From IMG/VR virus record IMGVR_UViG_3300033067_001503, positions 1-49,205 of that record: 49,205 nt of DNA. One strand, written 5' to 3'. The translations under genes and the position numbers were made by a program. Positions 25,277 through 33,534 of this stretch are shown here, in pieces. This stretch comes from a virus (lineage: Duplodnaviria > Caudoviricetes). Under the pieces are notes generated by a model, which saw only the letters and a program-made list of their open reading frames with translations, was not told the origin of the DNA and made no database searches. How positions within the stretch are numbered: position 1 is the first letter of the stretch; each line of letters opens with the position of its first letter.

Positions 25277-27399
25277 CAAGCACCCATCATCGGCTGCTGC
25301 TGCATACCGAGCGCGGCCTGCTGCCTTGCCGCCAGCGCAGCCTTGAAGTTGGCCGTCGCGATTGCAATACGCTCCTGCGACGCCACCTTCTCCTTCTCGA
25401 TGCGTTCGTTCGAGGCGATTTTCATTTCCTCGATTTGTTCGTTGGCCTGGATTTCGGCAACCTTGTCCGACTTGTCGGCCTTCAGTTGCTCGTTCTCCTG
25501 CTTGAGGCTCTGCATCTGCTTCAGGCCGTCGTCGATTTGCTTCTGGATCTGTGGCGGCACCTGACCGGACGTCATGGCCTCCAGCTTCTTGGCGATTTCT
25601 TCGGCCCCCGGCCAATCTAGGTTCTTGGCCATCTCCGGGCCGACAACCGTGGCCGCCTGCGGGAAGGCCTGAATGAGGTTCCCCATCTGCGTGGCCGCTT
25701 CCTCGCGGCGCGTCGTGTAGGACGGGCCAGAGGAAACCACGAGGTCGTACTTGCCGGCGGTCAGGTCGTAGATTTCCGTCTTGGGCTTCATCACCGGCTG
25801 CATATGCGGCTGGCCGGTGTTCGGGTCCACGACGGGCTGGCCCATTTCATCCGTGACCGGCTGCATTTGCGGCTGGCCGTCAGGTCCAATCGCAGGCTCC
25901 ATGACCGGGTTGCCATCCTCGTCCTTGACGGGCACCTCCTGATTGATGGGCGTCGGCGTCTGCGATCCATCCTCGCCCAGCACGCGGACGATGCGCGGGC
26001 TGTCGTAGATGTGCGGAATGAGGTCGATGAGCACCCTGCCAGTGTGTCGAATGGCGCGGGTCAGGTTGTCGATGAAGTGGAAGGTCGAGACGTCGCCTTC
26101 CTTCTGCCTTGCGATGATGGCCTTGCCGCTCGTTTCGTTCGAGCGCGCGCCCAGCGAAGCATCGTAGAGGCCGACAATGGCCTTCATGTCGTCCGATGCG
26201 TTCAAGGCCTCCTGCAGCGCTCCTGCGGCCACGCCACTGTCAAGCGACTGGCGCATCGGCATGCCACCGCCCGGCGCATTCGGGACTACGTCGAACTCGA
26301 CAAAGGGATGGCTGACCGTGTTGATGGTCTGCCATTTGGCAGCGTCGGTCTTGAAAGCACCCTTCGGCCCGATAAACGGCACGCGCGGCGCAAGCGCGAC
26401 CAGTTCCGTGCTGGTCGTGCGCCAGTAGTTGAACATGGTCTGCGCGTCTTTGGCGTTGTGGATCAACGACCGCAGATAGCGCTTGCCTTCGATGTCGAAG
26501 TCGTCGCCATAGACCGGAATGATGGGGATGTACTTGCCCGGCCACTTGTCCTCGGAGATGACTTCCGCACCGGTCAGCTTGTAGCGGCGCACCTTGAACG
26601 AACGAACCTGGCGCTCGCTCTTGACCGAAAGGCCAGCGGGCTCAAGCAGGTCGCGAATCTTCTCTAGTTGTTCGGCGTCAATCACGCTGCCGTCGGAGAG
26701 CAGCACAACGGTTTTCTGCACTTCCTCACGGCGCCACCAGTCGGCGACCATGACGCTGTCTTCGTCGATCCACGCGCTGTCGACGCCAGCGAAATCCATT
26801 TTCCAGTCGACCTTCTTGGCCCCCGGATAGGAGCGCTTGAAGGCCGCCTTCGTCATCTTGTCTACGAAGAATGCGGTATTCCAATCGGACGAATCCGCCG
26901 ATGTCGATGACGGGTCGCGATAAACCGCGAACGGGTTGGCAATGCGCTTGATGAGAATGTCGAGGTCGAACGTGTCGTCGTTCGCATAGTCGATATCGAC
27001 GCGCCAGTAGCCTACACCACGGTCAACAGCGCACTCGACACCAGTGTCGTAGGCAACGTCCGCGTCCGAGATGTACTCGATATTGCGGATAAGGCCGTTG
27101 TAGATCTCGGCGGTCTTCACGTCCGCCTTGTCGTCTACCGGATGCGTCTTGATGGCAGGCTTGTTCTGCCGGGCGTCGTTGACCACCTGTCGGATGAAGG
27201 CGGGAAGCTTCGGAATGGTCAGGCAGGGGCGACCTTCAATCTCGCGCTGCTTGCGAACCTTGTCGGGCCAATGCTCATTCAGGCGGGCGAAGCGGACGTC
27301 TTCAAGCGAGAGCTTGCGGTTCTCGGACTCTGCCTCTTCGGCGGCCTTGAACTCGTCCATGGCCTCCTTGAGGATATCGTCTGACATCAGCTCATCCAT
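25276..27399 (-). CDS. portal protein (P22-like)
   Basis: GRPCLTI, PGKYIPIIPVYG, AKDAQ.MFNY, SGKAI.ARQ, G.YD..V..GPSY.TRREEA motifs. Confidence 0.95.
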   Translation of the reverse strand: MDELMSDDILKEAMDEFKAAEEAESENRKLSLEDVRFARLNEHWPDKVRKQREIEGRPCLTIPKLPAFIRQVVNDARQNKPAIKTHPVDDKADVKTAEIYNGLIRNIEYISDADVAYDTGVECAVDRGVGYWRVDIDYANDDTFDLDILIKRIANPFAVYRDPSSTSADSSDWNTAFFVDKMTKAAFKRSYPGAKKVDWKMDFAGVDSAWIDEDSVMVADWWRREEVQKTVVLLSDGSVIDAEQLEKIRDLLEPAGLSVKSERQVRSFKVRRYKLTGAEVISEDKWPGKYIPIIPVYGDDFDIEGKRYLRSLIHNAKDAQTMFNYWRTTSTELVALAPRVPFIGPKGAFKTDAAKWQTINTVSHPFVEFDVVPNAPGGGMPMRQSLDSGVAAGALQEALNASDDMKAIVGLYDASLGARSNETSGKAIIARQKEGDVSTFHFIDNLTRAIRHTGRVLIDLIPHIYDSPRIVRVLGEDGSQTPTPINQEVPVKDEDGNPVMEPAIGPDGQPQMQPVTDEMGQPVVDPNTGQPHMQPVMKPKTEIYDLTAGKYDLVVSSGPSYTTRREEAATQMGNLIQAFPQAATVVGPEMAKNLDWPGAEEIAKKLEAMTSGQVPPQIQKQIDDGLKQMQSLKQENEQLKADKSDKVAEIQANEQIEEMKIASNERIEKEKVASQERIAIATANFKAALAARQQAALGMQQQPMMGA

Positions 27400-28712
27400 G
27401 CGCCGGCAAAGGCCGGTCGTTCTGCGGCCTTGCGCTTTTCTTCAACGACAGGAACAACGTCAGGGAACAGGTCTGTCAGCGCCCACACGAGCGCATCGAC
27501 CCTATCGGGGCTGTAGCCCTGTTCGGTCCTGTCGAAATCCGGGGTGAACGCGCACATCTGGTCCTCAAGCCGGTCGAAGATGCCGACGTGGAAGACCTTG
27601 CCGCGCTCGTACAATGCAGCGACCGGCTCCGCCCGCAGCCACTTGCCGCGCGTTGCTCGAACCGAGGTCGTCGGGATATTCGGGGCCTGTGCGCGAATGA
27701 CCGCATCGACCATGTCGCCGCCCTGGTTCGCCTCGTAGACGATCCTGTCGGCGTTGTATGAGCGATAGAGCCCCACGGCCCGCCTTGCCCATTCCTCTGG
27801 GCTGTAGCGGCCACTTTCGTCGGCAAGGACGATGCCCCTGCCCTTCTCGTCTACGCCCGCAACGATGATGCCGGTTTCATCAGAACCAATGGTCGTGGAC
27901 ACAGCCGGATCGATGGCGACGACGATGCGCGCCATGGCTGGCGCGTCCGACAGTCGTCCAATGATCTGGCGGCGCCACAACGCCCCCTCTACATCGCTCT
28001 GGAAAAGCCCCTCGTAGAAACGACGCCGCTGCCTTTCCGGCATGGTTTGCAGCATCCGCAGATATTCTTCCGGCAGGTTGTCGAGATTGTCCGCCGGGTT
28101 GATGACGATATGCCGGTAATCGTCCTTGTTGACGAACTTCTGCGATTGCGGTTCGACACCCGCCACCCAAAGCTGGTTCGTCCAGTGCGTTTCCGTCGTC
28201 GGGTTAAGGTCGACGTAGTCCTTCAGCGCCAGCGGCCTGCCGTCGAGCTTCTGGACCTTCTGCGCCAGACGGGTTTGCAACAGCAGGTAGCTTTCGTATG
28301 GAACCTGGCTCGCCTCGTTCGTGTAGATGGTGGCGAATTCCATGCCGAGGATTTTCTCGGTGCGCTCCTTGTCGTCGAGGCCGCCGAACCACAACTCCGA
28401 CTTGCCTTCAGCCGTTACCAGTTCGGCAAAGCCGTCCTGCTTGTTCGTGGCGACCGAAACGCCTGGAAACGCCAGCTTCATCACCTTGGGAAAGGTGTCG
28501 AGCATGATGGACGTCTTCACCGCGTTGAAGCGGTAGCGGAATATCCCGTGACGAGAGCCCGGCGCGTTTATCGCCCTTGTGCAGATGGCATCGACAAAGC
28601 CGAACGTCTTGCCAGAGCGCGAACCGCCATATGCGAGGCAATGCGTGGCCGGGCCGGACAGCAATTGCCGAAGCTCCTGCTGTTTCGCCGTGCGCTTAAA
28701 GGTCTGCGTCAT
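27387..28712 (-). CDS. terL: terminase large subunit
   Basis: Walker A GGSRSGKT, NEA Walker B, nuclease AIDPA...DETGI...SPDRVDALVWA. Confidence 0.95.
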   Translation of the reverse strand: MTQTFKRTAKQQELRQLLSGPATHCLAYGGSRSGKTFGFVDAICTRAINAPGSRHGIFRYRFNAVKTSIMLDTFPKVMKLAFPGVSVATNKQDGFAELVTAEGKSELWFGGLDDKERTEKILGMEFATIYTNEASQVPYESYLLLQTRLAQKVQKLDGRPLALKDYVDLNPTTETHWTNQLWVAGVEPQSQKFVNKDDYRHIVINPADNLDNLPEEYLRMLQTMPERQRRRFYEGLFQSDVEGALWRRQIIGRLSDAPAMARIVVAIDPAVSTTIGSDETGIIVAGVDEKGRGIVLADESGRYSPEEWARRAVGLYRSYNADRIVYEANQGGDMVDAVIRAQAPNIPTTSVRATRGKWLRAEPVAALYERGKVFHVGIFDRLEDQMCAFTPDFDRTEQGYSPDRVDALVWALTDLFPDVVPVVEEKRKAAERPAFAGAWMS

Positions 28713-29208
28713 CCCGGCTCAGGATGACCGCCACGCCGCCTGAGTGCTCGTGGTCATGCTTGTCGCGCCAGTCTTCCTTGCGACGGTTCTTCAGCCAGAA
28801 GATTTGCGCCGTCACGTCAGGCGGCACGTGCTCGCGTATCGGAGCCCGGACCACGCCCTCACGTCCGTTGAACACCTTCTCGCTATCGAAGGTGTAGCCA
28901 ACCGCGCGTTGGTATAGGCTACGCTCGACTTTGGCGTCCGCCGTCTCCTTCGCTTCCTTTACGGCCCGACAAAACGGCTCGTGTTCTACGGTCCAGCGCT
29001 CGATTGTGCGAATGGCGACTCCGAAGAAATCGGCCAGGTCCGCATTGGTCGCTCCGAGCAGGCAGAGTTTGGCAGCCTGTTCCGCAAAGGTGTCCTTGTA
29101 TTTTGGTGGCCTGCCGATTTCGGCCTGCGGTGCGTCGGGCTTCAGGCCTTCAGCGCGATCCGCAATGTCTTTGACCTTATCGGGCGAATAGCCGCGTTCT
29201 TTCGGCAT
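28696..29208 (-). CDS. terS: terminase small subunit
   Basis: GRPPKY...LGATNADLADFFGV HTH, SLYQRAVGY, PPDVTAQIFWLKNR. Confidence 0.9.
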   Translation of the reverse strand: MPKERGYSPDKVKDIADRAEGLKPDAPQAEIGRPPKYKDTFAEQAAKLCLLGATNADLADFFGVAIRTIERWTVEHEPFCRAVKEAKETADAKVERSLYQRAVGYTFDSEKVFNGREGVVRAPIREHVPPDVTAQIFWLKNRRKEDWRDKHDHEHSGGVAVILSRDDADL

Positions 29209-29451
29209 TAGTTGCCCTTCATGGGATTTCATCAGGCGCTGCCGCTTACCCGCTTCATGACACGGCCGACATGCGAGCCGGTGGCCCCGCGCGGGTGCTT
29301 CTCAGGAACGAGCGTTGCAGCTTTTTCCCCGTAGCCGGTATCAGGGGCAGGGAGGTGCGGGGCGGAACTGCGAAATGGAAAGAGCCCCGGACGCTCGTCA
29401 GCGTTCAACAGGGCTCTGGTTAGTCGCGTTGCGTCGATTTTGTAGGATGGC

Positions 29452-29484
29452 GCATTAATTCGACTGCTTCGGAGGGAATGTCAA
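29452..29484 (-). promoter_or_regulatory. candidate late promoter upstream of terS
   Basis: TTGACA (29479-29484) with AT-rich AATTAAT 18-19 nt downstream; hairpin AGAGCCC/GGGCTCT at about 29379-29417. Confidence 0.5.
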
Positions 29485-29489
29485 GAGGG

Positions 29490-29560
29490 TTGACGAGAAT
29501 CCCACTGCGCTGATATAGCCGCGCGCATTATGAACCGCTCCACGCATCCAGATCGACCGC
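29490..29560 (+). promoter_or_regulatory. promoter and leader of the second tRNA locus
   Basis: TTGACGAGA...GATATAGC, then ATGAACCGC...GATCGACCGC; resembles 5921-5990. Confidence 0.6.
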
Positions 29561-29821
29561 CATCAGGCCGAAGAATACGTCCGGTACGAGGACGGCTACA
29601 CCGTCCACACGAACACGGTCGAAGGCTATTTCAGCATCTTCAAGCGCGGCATGAAGGGCGTTTACCAGCATTGCGCGGAGCACCACCTGCACCGCTATCT
29701 GGCAGAGTTCGACTTCCGCTATTCGAACCGCGCCGCGCTTGGCATTGACGACGCCGTTCGTTCGGTCGTCGCGCTGATGGGCTTCAAGGGACGCCGCCTG
29801 ACTTATCGCAAACCTGCTTGA
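29561..29821 (+). pseudogene. IS1595-family transposase C-terminal fragment
   Basis: HQAEEYVR...VHTNTVEGYFSIFKRGMKGVYQHCAEHHLHRYLAEFDFRYSNR...GRRLTY; no start codon. Confidence 0.92.
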
Positions 29822-29934
29822 CGCTAAGAAGCAACATTATCGAAAGCCGGTTCAACTGAAGCTTCCCCTATGGCGATACGAGAAGAAGCGGCGTGGCCGG
29901 TCTTGACGACTGAATATGAAGCTTGCACGGTCTA

Positions 29935-29966
29935 AAACCGGCCGCGCGCCACCGCGCGGCCGGTTT
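29935..29966. terminator. perfect 14-bp hairpin
   Basis: AAACCGGCCGCGCG-CCAC-CGCGCGGCCGGTTT. Confidence 0.65.
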
Positions 29967-29977
29967 GGAGCAAGCCA

Positions 29978-30329
29978 ATGGCCCACGAATTCCGGTCCGA
30001 GATACGCGATAGCATTATCCGTCGCCTCTTATTGAAGGTCAGGGAACAGTCCTATGGCGCGTATCTCCGGAAAATACGTCTGACCAAAGTCCGTGCCTTC
30101 GACGGCGAAGCCGTAGATTTCGACTCGCCAAGTAGTCGAGGATATCGCTAGGAGCAATCGCGACCCTCACTTATTGTTTAATCAGGTTGGGCAGTCGCTG
30201 GGGTTTATTCCCGCCAACATTGTTTCATCGGCCTTTGTGGCACTTTGGATCGAGGGCAATCCAACTGAGGCAGATCGGATTGCAGACTTTATCAAAGCCA
30301 ATGCTGCCGCTGCACGAGCAGAGGATTGA
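29978..30329 (+). pseudogene. internally deleted ABC/AAA-type ATPase (N- and C-terminal stubs)
   Basis: MAHEFRSEIRDS...YGAYLRKIRLTKVRAFDGEAVDFD breaks just before the expected Walker A; another frame continues RQVVEDIARSNRDPHLLFNQVGQSLGF...AED*. Confidence 0.6.
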
Positions 30330-30331
30330 AC

Positions 30332-30526
30332 ATGCCCAAGAACCCGAAAACCCAGCGCGAGAAGTTCGAGGACGCCGCGCGTGAGCTCGAGACGGACCAG
30401 TCCGAAGCGGCGTTCGACAAGATCGTGAAGCGCATCGCCGAAGCGAAGCACGCGCCCTATGACGAGATGGTCATACGCGCTGACAAGGAAGCGCAGGCGA
30501 AGGCTGCTAAAAAGGCCAAGGGCTAG
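30332..30526 (+). CDS. small hypothetical protein
   Basis: QREKFEDAARELETDQSEAAFDKIVKRIA, a type I recall next to IS1595 transposases; GAGGA RBS. Confidence 0.65.
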   Translation: MPKNPKTQREKFEDAARELETDQSEAAFDKIVKRIAEAKHAPYDEMVIRADKEAQAKAAKKAKG

Positions 30527-30530
30527 CAGG

Positions 30531-30797
30531 CTACTCTTTTGTCTTGCCGGCATTGTAAGGATCGCTGAACTCCCAGCCCGGCGGAGCGAGAGTTCCCATG
30601 TCCTGCATCAGCCCGTGAAAAGTACGCTCATCCATAGCGCCCCCGGATTCCGTCGACACGGTAAAGGGTGGGCCACCCCACGGCCACCGCCACCACTCCG
30701 CAGTATTCAGCTTGGTCAACCCTTCCACAGGGTAACAGCCGTATGACCTAAGGCGTTTTTCCCACTCTTGCCGCTGCAAGAGGCGAACGGCGATCAT
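30531..30797 (-). CDS. HicA-like small protein (putative toxin)
   Basis: EWEKRLRSYGC...WWRWP..PFTV...MDERTFHGLMQD resembles the dsRBD-like HicA layout; paired with a HicB-like gene. Confidence 0.45.
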   Translation of the reverse strand: MIAVRLLQRQEWEKRLRSYGCYPVEGLTKLNTAEWWRWPWGGPPFTVSTESGGAMDERTFHGLMQDMGTLAPPGWEFSDPYNAGKTKE

Positions 30798-30801
30798 CCG
30801 A

Positions 30802-31086
30802 TTAGGCGGCTATCTGGCGAACCGTATAGTCTGTCTGCGTAGGGGTGGCAGGCTGTTCCGGCAATGGAAGTTGTTCGCCTGCCATTCGCACGCGGACAAC
30901 GCTGCCAAACATTTCCCCGATGATAGTTTCGAGCGCGGGGATGATGTCGGCGGTTACAAGTGCTGGATTGCTATGGGAAAGCCGAAAACCTGGCACATCG
31001 GGGCTTGAAACCCGGAGCCCACCATCTGAACGTTTCTCAAAAACCACTAACACACGATCGAATGTTGAATGTTCGACGTGATGCAT
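30802..31086 (-). CDS. HicB-like antitoxin
   Basis: VVFEKRSDGGLRVSSPDVPGF is the HicB N-terminal motif. Confidence 0.6.
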   Translation of the reverse strand: MHHVEHSTFDRVLVVFEKRSDGGLRVSSPDVPGFRLSHSNPALVTADIIPALETIIGEMFGSVVRVRMAGEQLPLPEQPATPTQTDYTVRQIAA

Positions 31087-31221
31087 AGAGAAGCCCCCGC
31101 TCGACAAGCAAGGTAAAGTGATTTGCCTCTCCAAGCAACGAACGTGTTTACCTCTCGTTCCAAGATAGTCAACGGAATGCCCGACTACACCGCCGAAGGC
31201 TGCCGGCCCGGCAAGCGCGCG

Positions 31222-31506
31222 TCAGTACTCGACAATTTTCCCGTCAACTTTAAGGGTGGCGGGGCCGTTCGTTATGGTGTGAATCCGGCCGTCTCCACAT
31301 CTGACATTGATGTCGTGGCCTAGTTGAGACGTGATTTCGAGATCGCCACAACCGGTGATTTTGGCGATTGCCAATGCGTGGACTGCAACAGTGAACGCGT
31401 CGTCATCTGACAGCTCAACATAGTCGTCTCGCTGCGGTCGACACATCGCTACGACGATGGCGATCAAGAATACGACGCCGATAAAATGCCGACCCTTCAC
31501 CGTCAC
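31222..31506 (-). CDS. hypothetical membrane-anchored protein
   Basis: N-terminal TM helix, GAGAGG RBS. Confidence 0.55.
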   Translation of the reverse strand: MTVKGRHFIGVVFLIAIVVAMCRPQRDDYVELSDDDAFTVAVHALAIAKITGCGDLEITSQLGHDINVRCGDGRIHTITNGPATLKVDGKIVEY

Positions 31507-31575
31507 CCCTCTCTCAGCCGGTCATATCAGCTCGTCCTTGTTTAGCCTAGCGGGTTTGTCAAAGATATAATCGCC

Positions 31576-31615
31576 ACTCCGAAGGTTGCGAGTTCAAGTC
31601 CCGCCGCAGCGGCCA
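31576..31615 (+). pseudogene. 3' half of a tRNA (probably Asp or Glu) cut by the IS end
   Basis: AC-TCCGA-AGGTT-GCGAG-TTCAAGT-CCCGC-CGCAGCG-G-CCA starts exactly at the IS IR. Confidence 0.72.
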
Positions 31616-31617
31616 TT

Positions 31618-31691
31618 TCCCGCTTCGTCTAACGGTAGGACATCTGGTTTTGGTCCAGAATATCGGGGTTCGAATCCCTGAGCGGTAGCCA
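31618..31691 (+). tRNA. tRNA-Gln(TTG), second copy
   Basis: TCCCGCT/AGCGGTA (one mismatch), TCTGG-TTTTGGT-CCAGA, TTCGAAT, G73, CCA. Confidence 0.88.
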
Positions 31692-31693
31692 CC

Positions 31694-32212
31694 TCAATCT
31701 TTGAACGGATCGAACTCGGGACACTCGCAACTGTCCGGCTCTAACGTTTCGTGTCGCTCAAGATATGTTGCCGCCTGCCGCAGGACGCTCGGTCTATCCT
31801 TTGAGTATCCGAGCATGAGATTGCAGCCGCCGCAAAGCAAACCGCGCACGCTGCCTGTCGAATGATTGTGGTCTACCGATAAGGCGCGACGCTTATTGTC
31901 GCCGCCGCACACGCCACAAAGGCCGCCCTGCCGCGACCACATCGCCGCATAATCTGCCGGACTGATTCCGTAGGCGCGAAGCTTGCGCCGCATATCCTTC
32001 AATTGCTTGACGCTCTTGTCTGGGAATACACCGGCTGCGATCTTGGCCGCGCACGCCGGTTCATGACGGCCAAGATTCGGTGCGTTCATCTCGACACCGC
32101 AATGGCGGCATTCCTTCAAGATGAGGAAGCCGGCCGGCTTCTTGCCCTTCATCGCCTTGGAAATGCGCTCTTTGGTTTCAGTTGTGTGACGCACGGAGAT
32201 TAGTCTTTCCAA
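31694..32212 (-). CDS. NUMOD3 + endonuclease VII-family homing-type nuclease
   Basis: HTTETKERISKAMKG (NUMOD3); YGIS..DY..M...Q.G.C.VC...LSVDHNH.TG.VRGLLC..CN. Confidence 0.88.
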   Translation of the reverse strand: MERLISVRHTTETKERISKAMKGKKPAGFLILKECRHCGVEMNAPNLGRHEPACAAKIAAGVFPDKSVKQLKDMRRKLRAYGISPADYAAMWSRQGGLCGVCGGDNKRRALSVDHNHSTGSVRGLLCGGCNLMLGYSKDRPSVLRQAATYLERHETLEPDSCECPEFDPFKD

Positions 32213-33534
32213 GGGTCTTCTTCACGCGCCCCGGCCATCGCCACTGCGAACGGGCGCAGCGTATGCAGCACCTTCGTTGACGCGGAATGATGGGCGAGCA
32301 CTTCCGGCAGGCGACGATAGGCCATCGGGCTTTCGTCCAGATCGGCACCGATGAGCACAACGCCACGCTCCTGAAGCCAGCGCTCCATCTCGTCTCGCTG
32401 GAAACGCCTCTTTGCTTCCTTGCGACCGAACAGACGTCCAGCGCCGTGCACCGTCGAATAGAGCGACGAACGTGCCTCGTTGCTGTCCACGCCTTCGATG
32501 ATGACCGCGTCGTCGCCCATGGAGCCGCCGACAAAGCCGCGCTGGCCGGGAAAGGCCGGTGTCGCGCCCTTACGAACCACCCATAGGTCACGGTTGCCGT
32601 GGCGCTCTCGCCAAGCGTAGTTGTGGTGGTTGTGCACGCGGTCGGTCTCCTCGCCGCCGATGATCTTGCGGACACGCTCACAGACCCATTCCCGGCCCGC
32701 GTAGGCGTAGCGCCCGGCAAGCTCCATTGCCGCGATGTAGCGGCGACCGATTTCGCTGTCCTCGTTGATGACCGCCGGCGGAACGTTCATGCCATCCTTG
32801 CCGCCGGCTGCCTTCAGGTACTTGGTCGCGCTGGAATGGCCGAGCCCGCGCGAGCCGAAATGCACGCCGATCCAGACCATGCCAGCTTCATCGCGCATCA
32901 AATCAACATAGTGGTTCCCTGACCCGACGGTGCCGAGCTGCGCAGCCGCCTTGCTGCGATAGTCCTCTCGATCGGACTCGCGCCAAGCATCGGCATCGTC
33001 AAGCAGTTCGTGCTCGACACGCTCGTCATTGGTGCGACCGACGCCAAACGAGATGATGCGCGCCACGTCCTTGATGATGGTTGGAACGCTGTCCTGGATT
33101 GCGGAGAAAGGCGTATCGAGGCGGATAGCCATGTTCCCGCATCCGATGTCGAACCCGACACCGGAGATGCTGATCTGGCCATCATAGGCGATGACGCCGC
33201 CGACCGGCTGCGCATAGCCGAGATGGCCGTCTGCGCAGATGGTTCCAGCCACTACGTTGCCGACCGCCATGCAGTTGCGCATCTGCGCCAGCGTGCCTTC
33301 GTCGTGCTCGCCGAAAACCTTCAAGGGCGAATTCTGATATTCAGCGGCCTGCGGCGGAAGTTCAACCTGCGCAGCTTCCTTCAAGACCTGCTCCTGACGT
33401 GCCGCGTCCCGGAACGTGCACCATGCCGGCATCCCGCGTCCTTCGCCGACACGGCTTTCAGGATCAATGCCGGCGGCAACGCACAGTTCGCGCGCCCGGA
33501 CTTCCATGCGATCTGGCTGACGCATTCGTCTCAC
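32200..33534 (-). CDS. rtcB: RtcB RNA ligase with N-terminal extension
   Basis: DGHLGY..PVGG, GFDIGCG, GTVGSGNHY, HFGSRGLG, HNHHNYAW, RKGATPA, GSMG, HGAGR, DESPMAYR. Confidence 0.95.
   Translation of the reverse strand: MRRMRQPDRMEVRARELCVAAGIDPESRVGEGRGMPAWCTFRDAARQEQVLKEAAQVELPPQAAEYQNSPLKVFGEHDEGTLAQMRNCMAVGNVVAGTICADGHLGYAQPVGGVIAYDGQISISGVGFDIGCGNMAIRLDTPFSAIQDSVPTIIKDVARIISFGVGRTNDERVEHELLDDADAWRESDREDYRSKAAAQLGTVGSGNHYVDLMRDEAGMVWIGVHFGSRGLGHSSATKYLKAAGGKDGMNVPPAVINEDSEIGRRYIAAMELAGRYAYAGREWVCERVRKIIGGEETDRVHNHHNYAWRERHGNRDLWVVRKGATPAFPGQRGFVGGSMGDDAVIIEGVDSNEARSSLYSTVHGAGRLFGRKEAKRRFQRDEMERWLQERGVVLIGADLDESPMAYRRLPEVLAHHSASTKVLHTLRPFAVAMAGAREEDPWKD

Larger units (their letters stand above)
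29561..31575 (+). mobile_element. 5'-truncated IS1595-family element with passenger genes
   Basis: Transposase C-terminus at left; right end reads GGCGATTATATCTTTGAC on the minus strand (31558-31575), like IS1595-family GGCnATTAT IRs; left IR missing. Confidence 0.78.

Noticed and set aside
25780-25940. Intein or insertion in the portal
   Set aside because: Pro/Gln-rich low-complexity loop without intein motifs
29530-29748. 72-aa protein
   Set aside because: Leader ATG running out of frame into the transposase fragment
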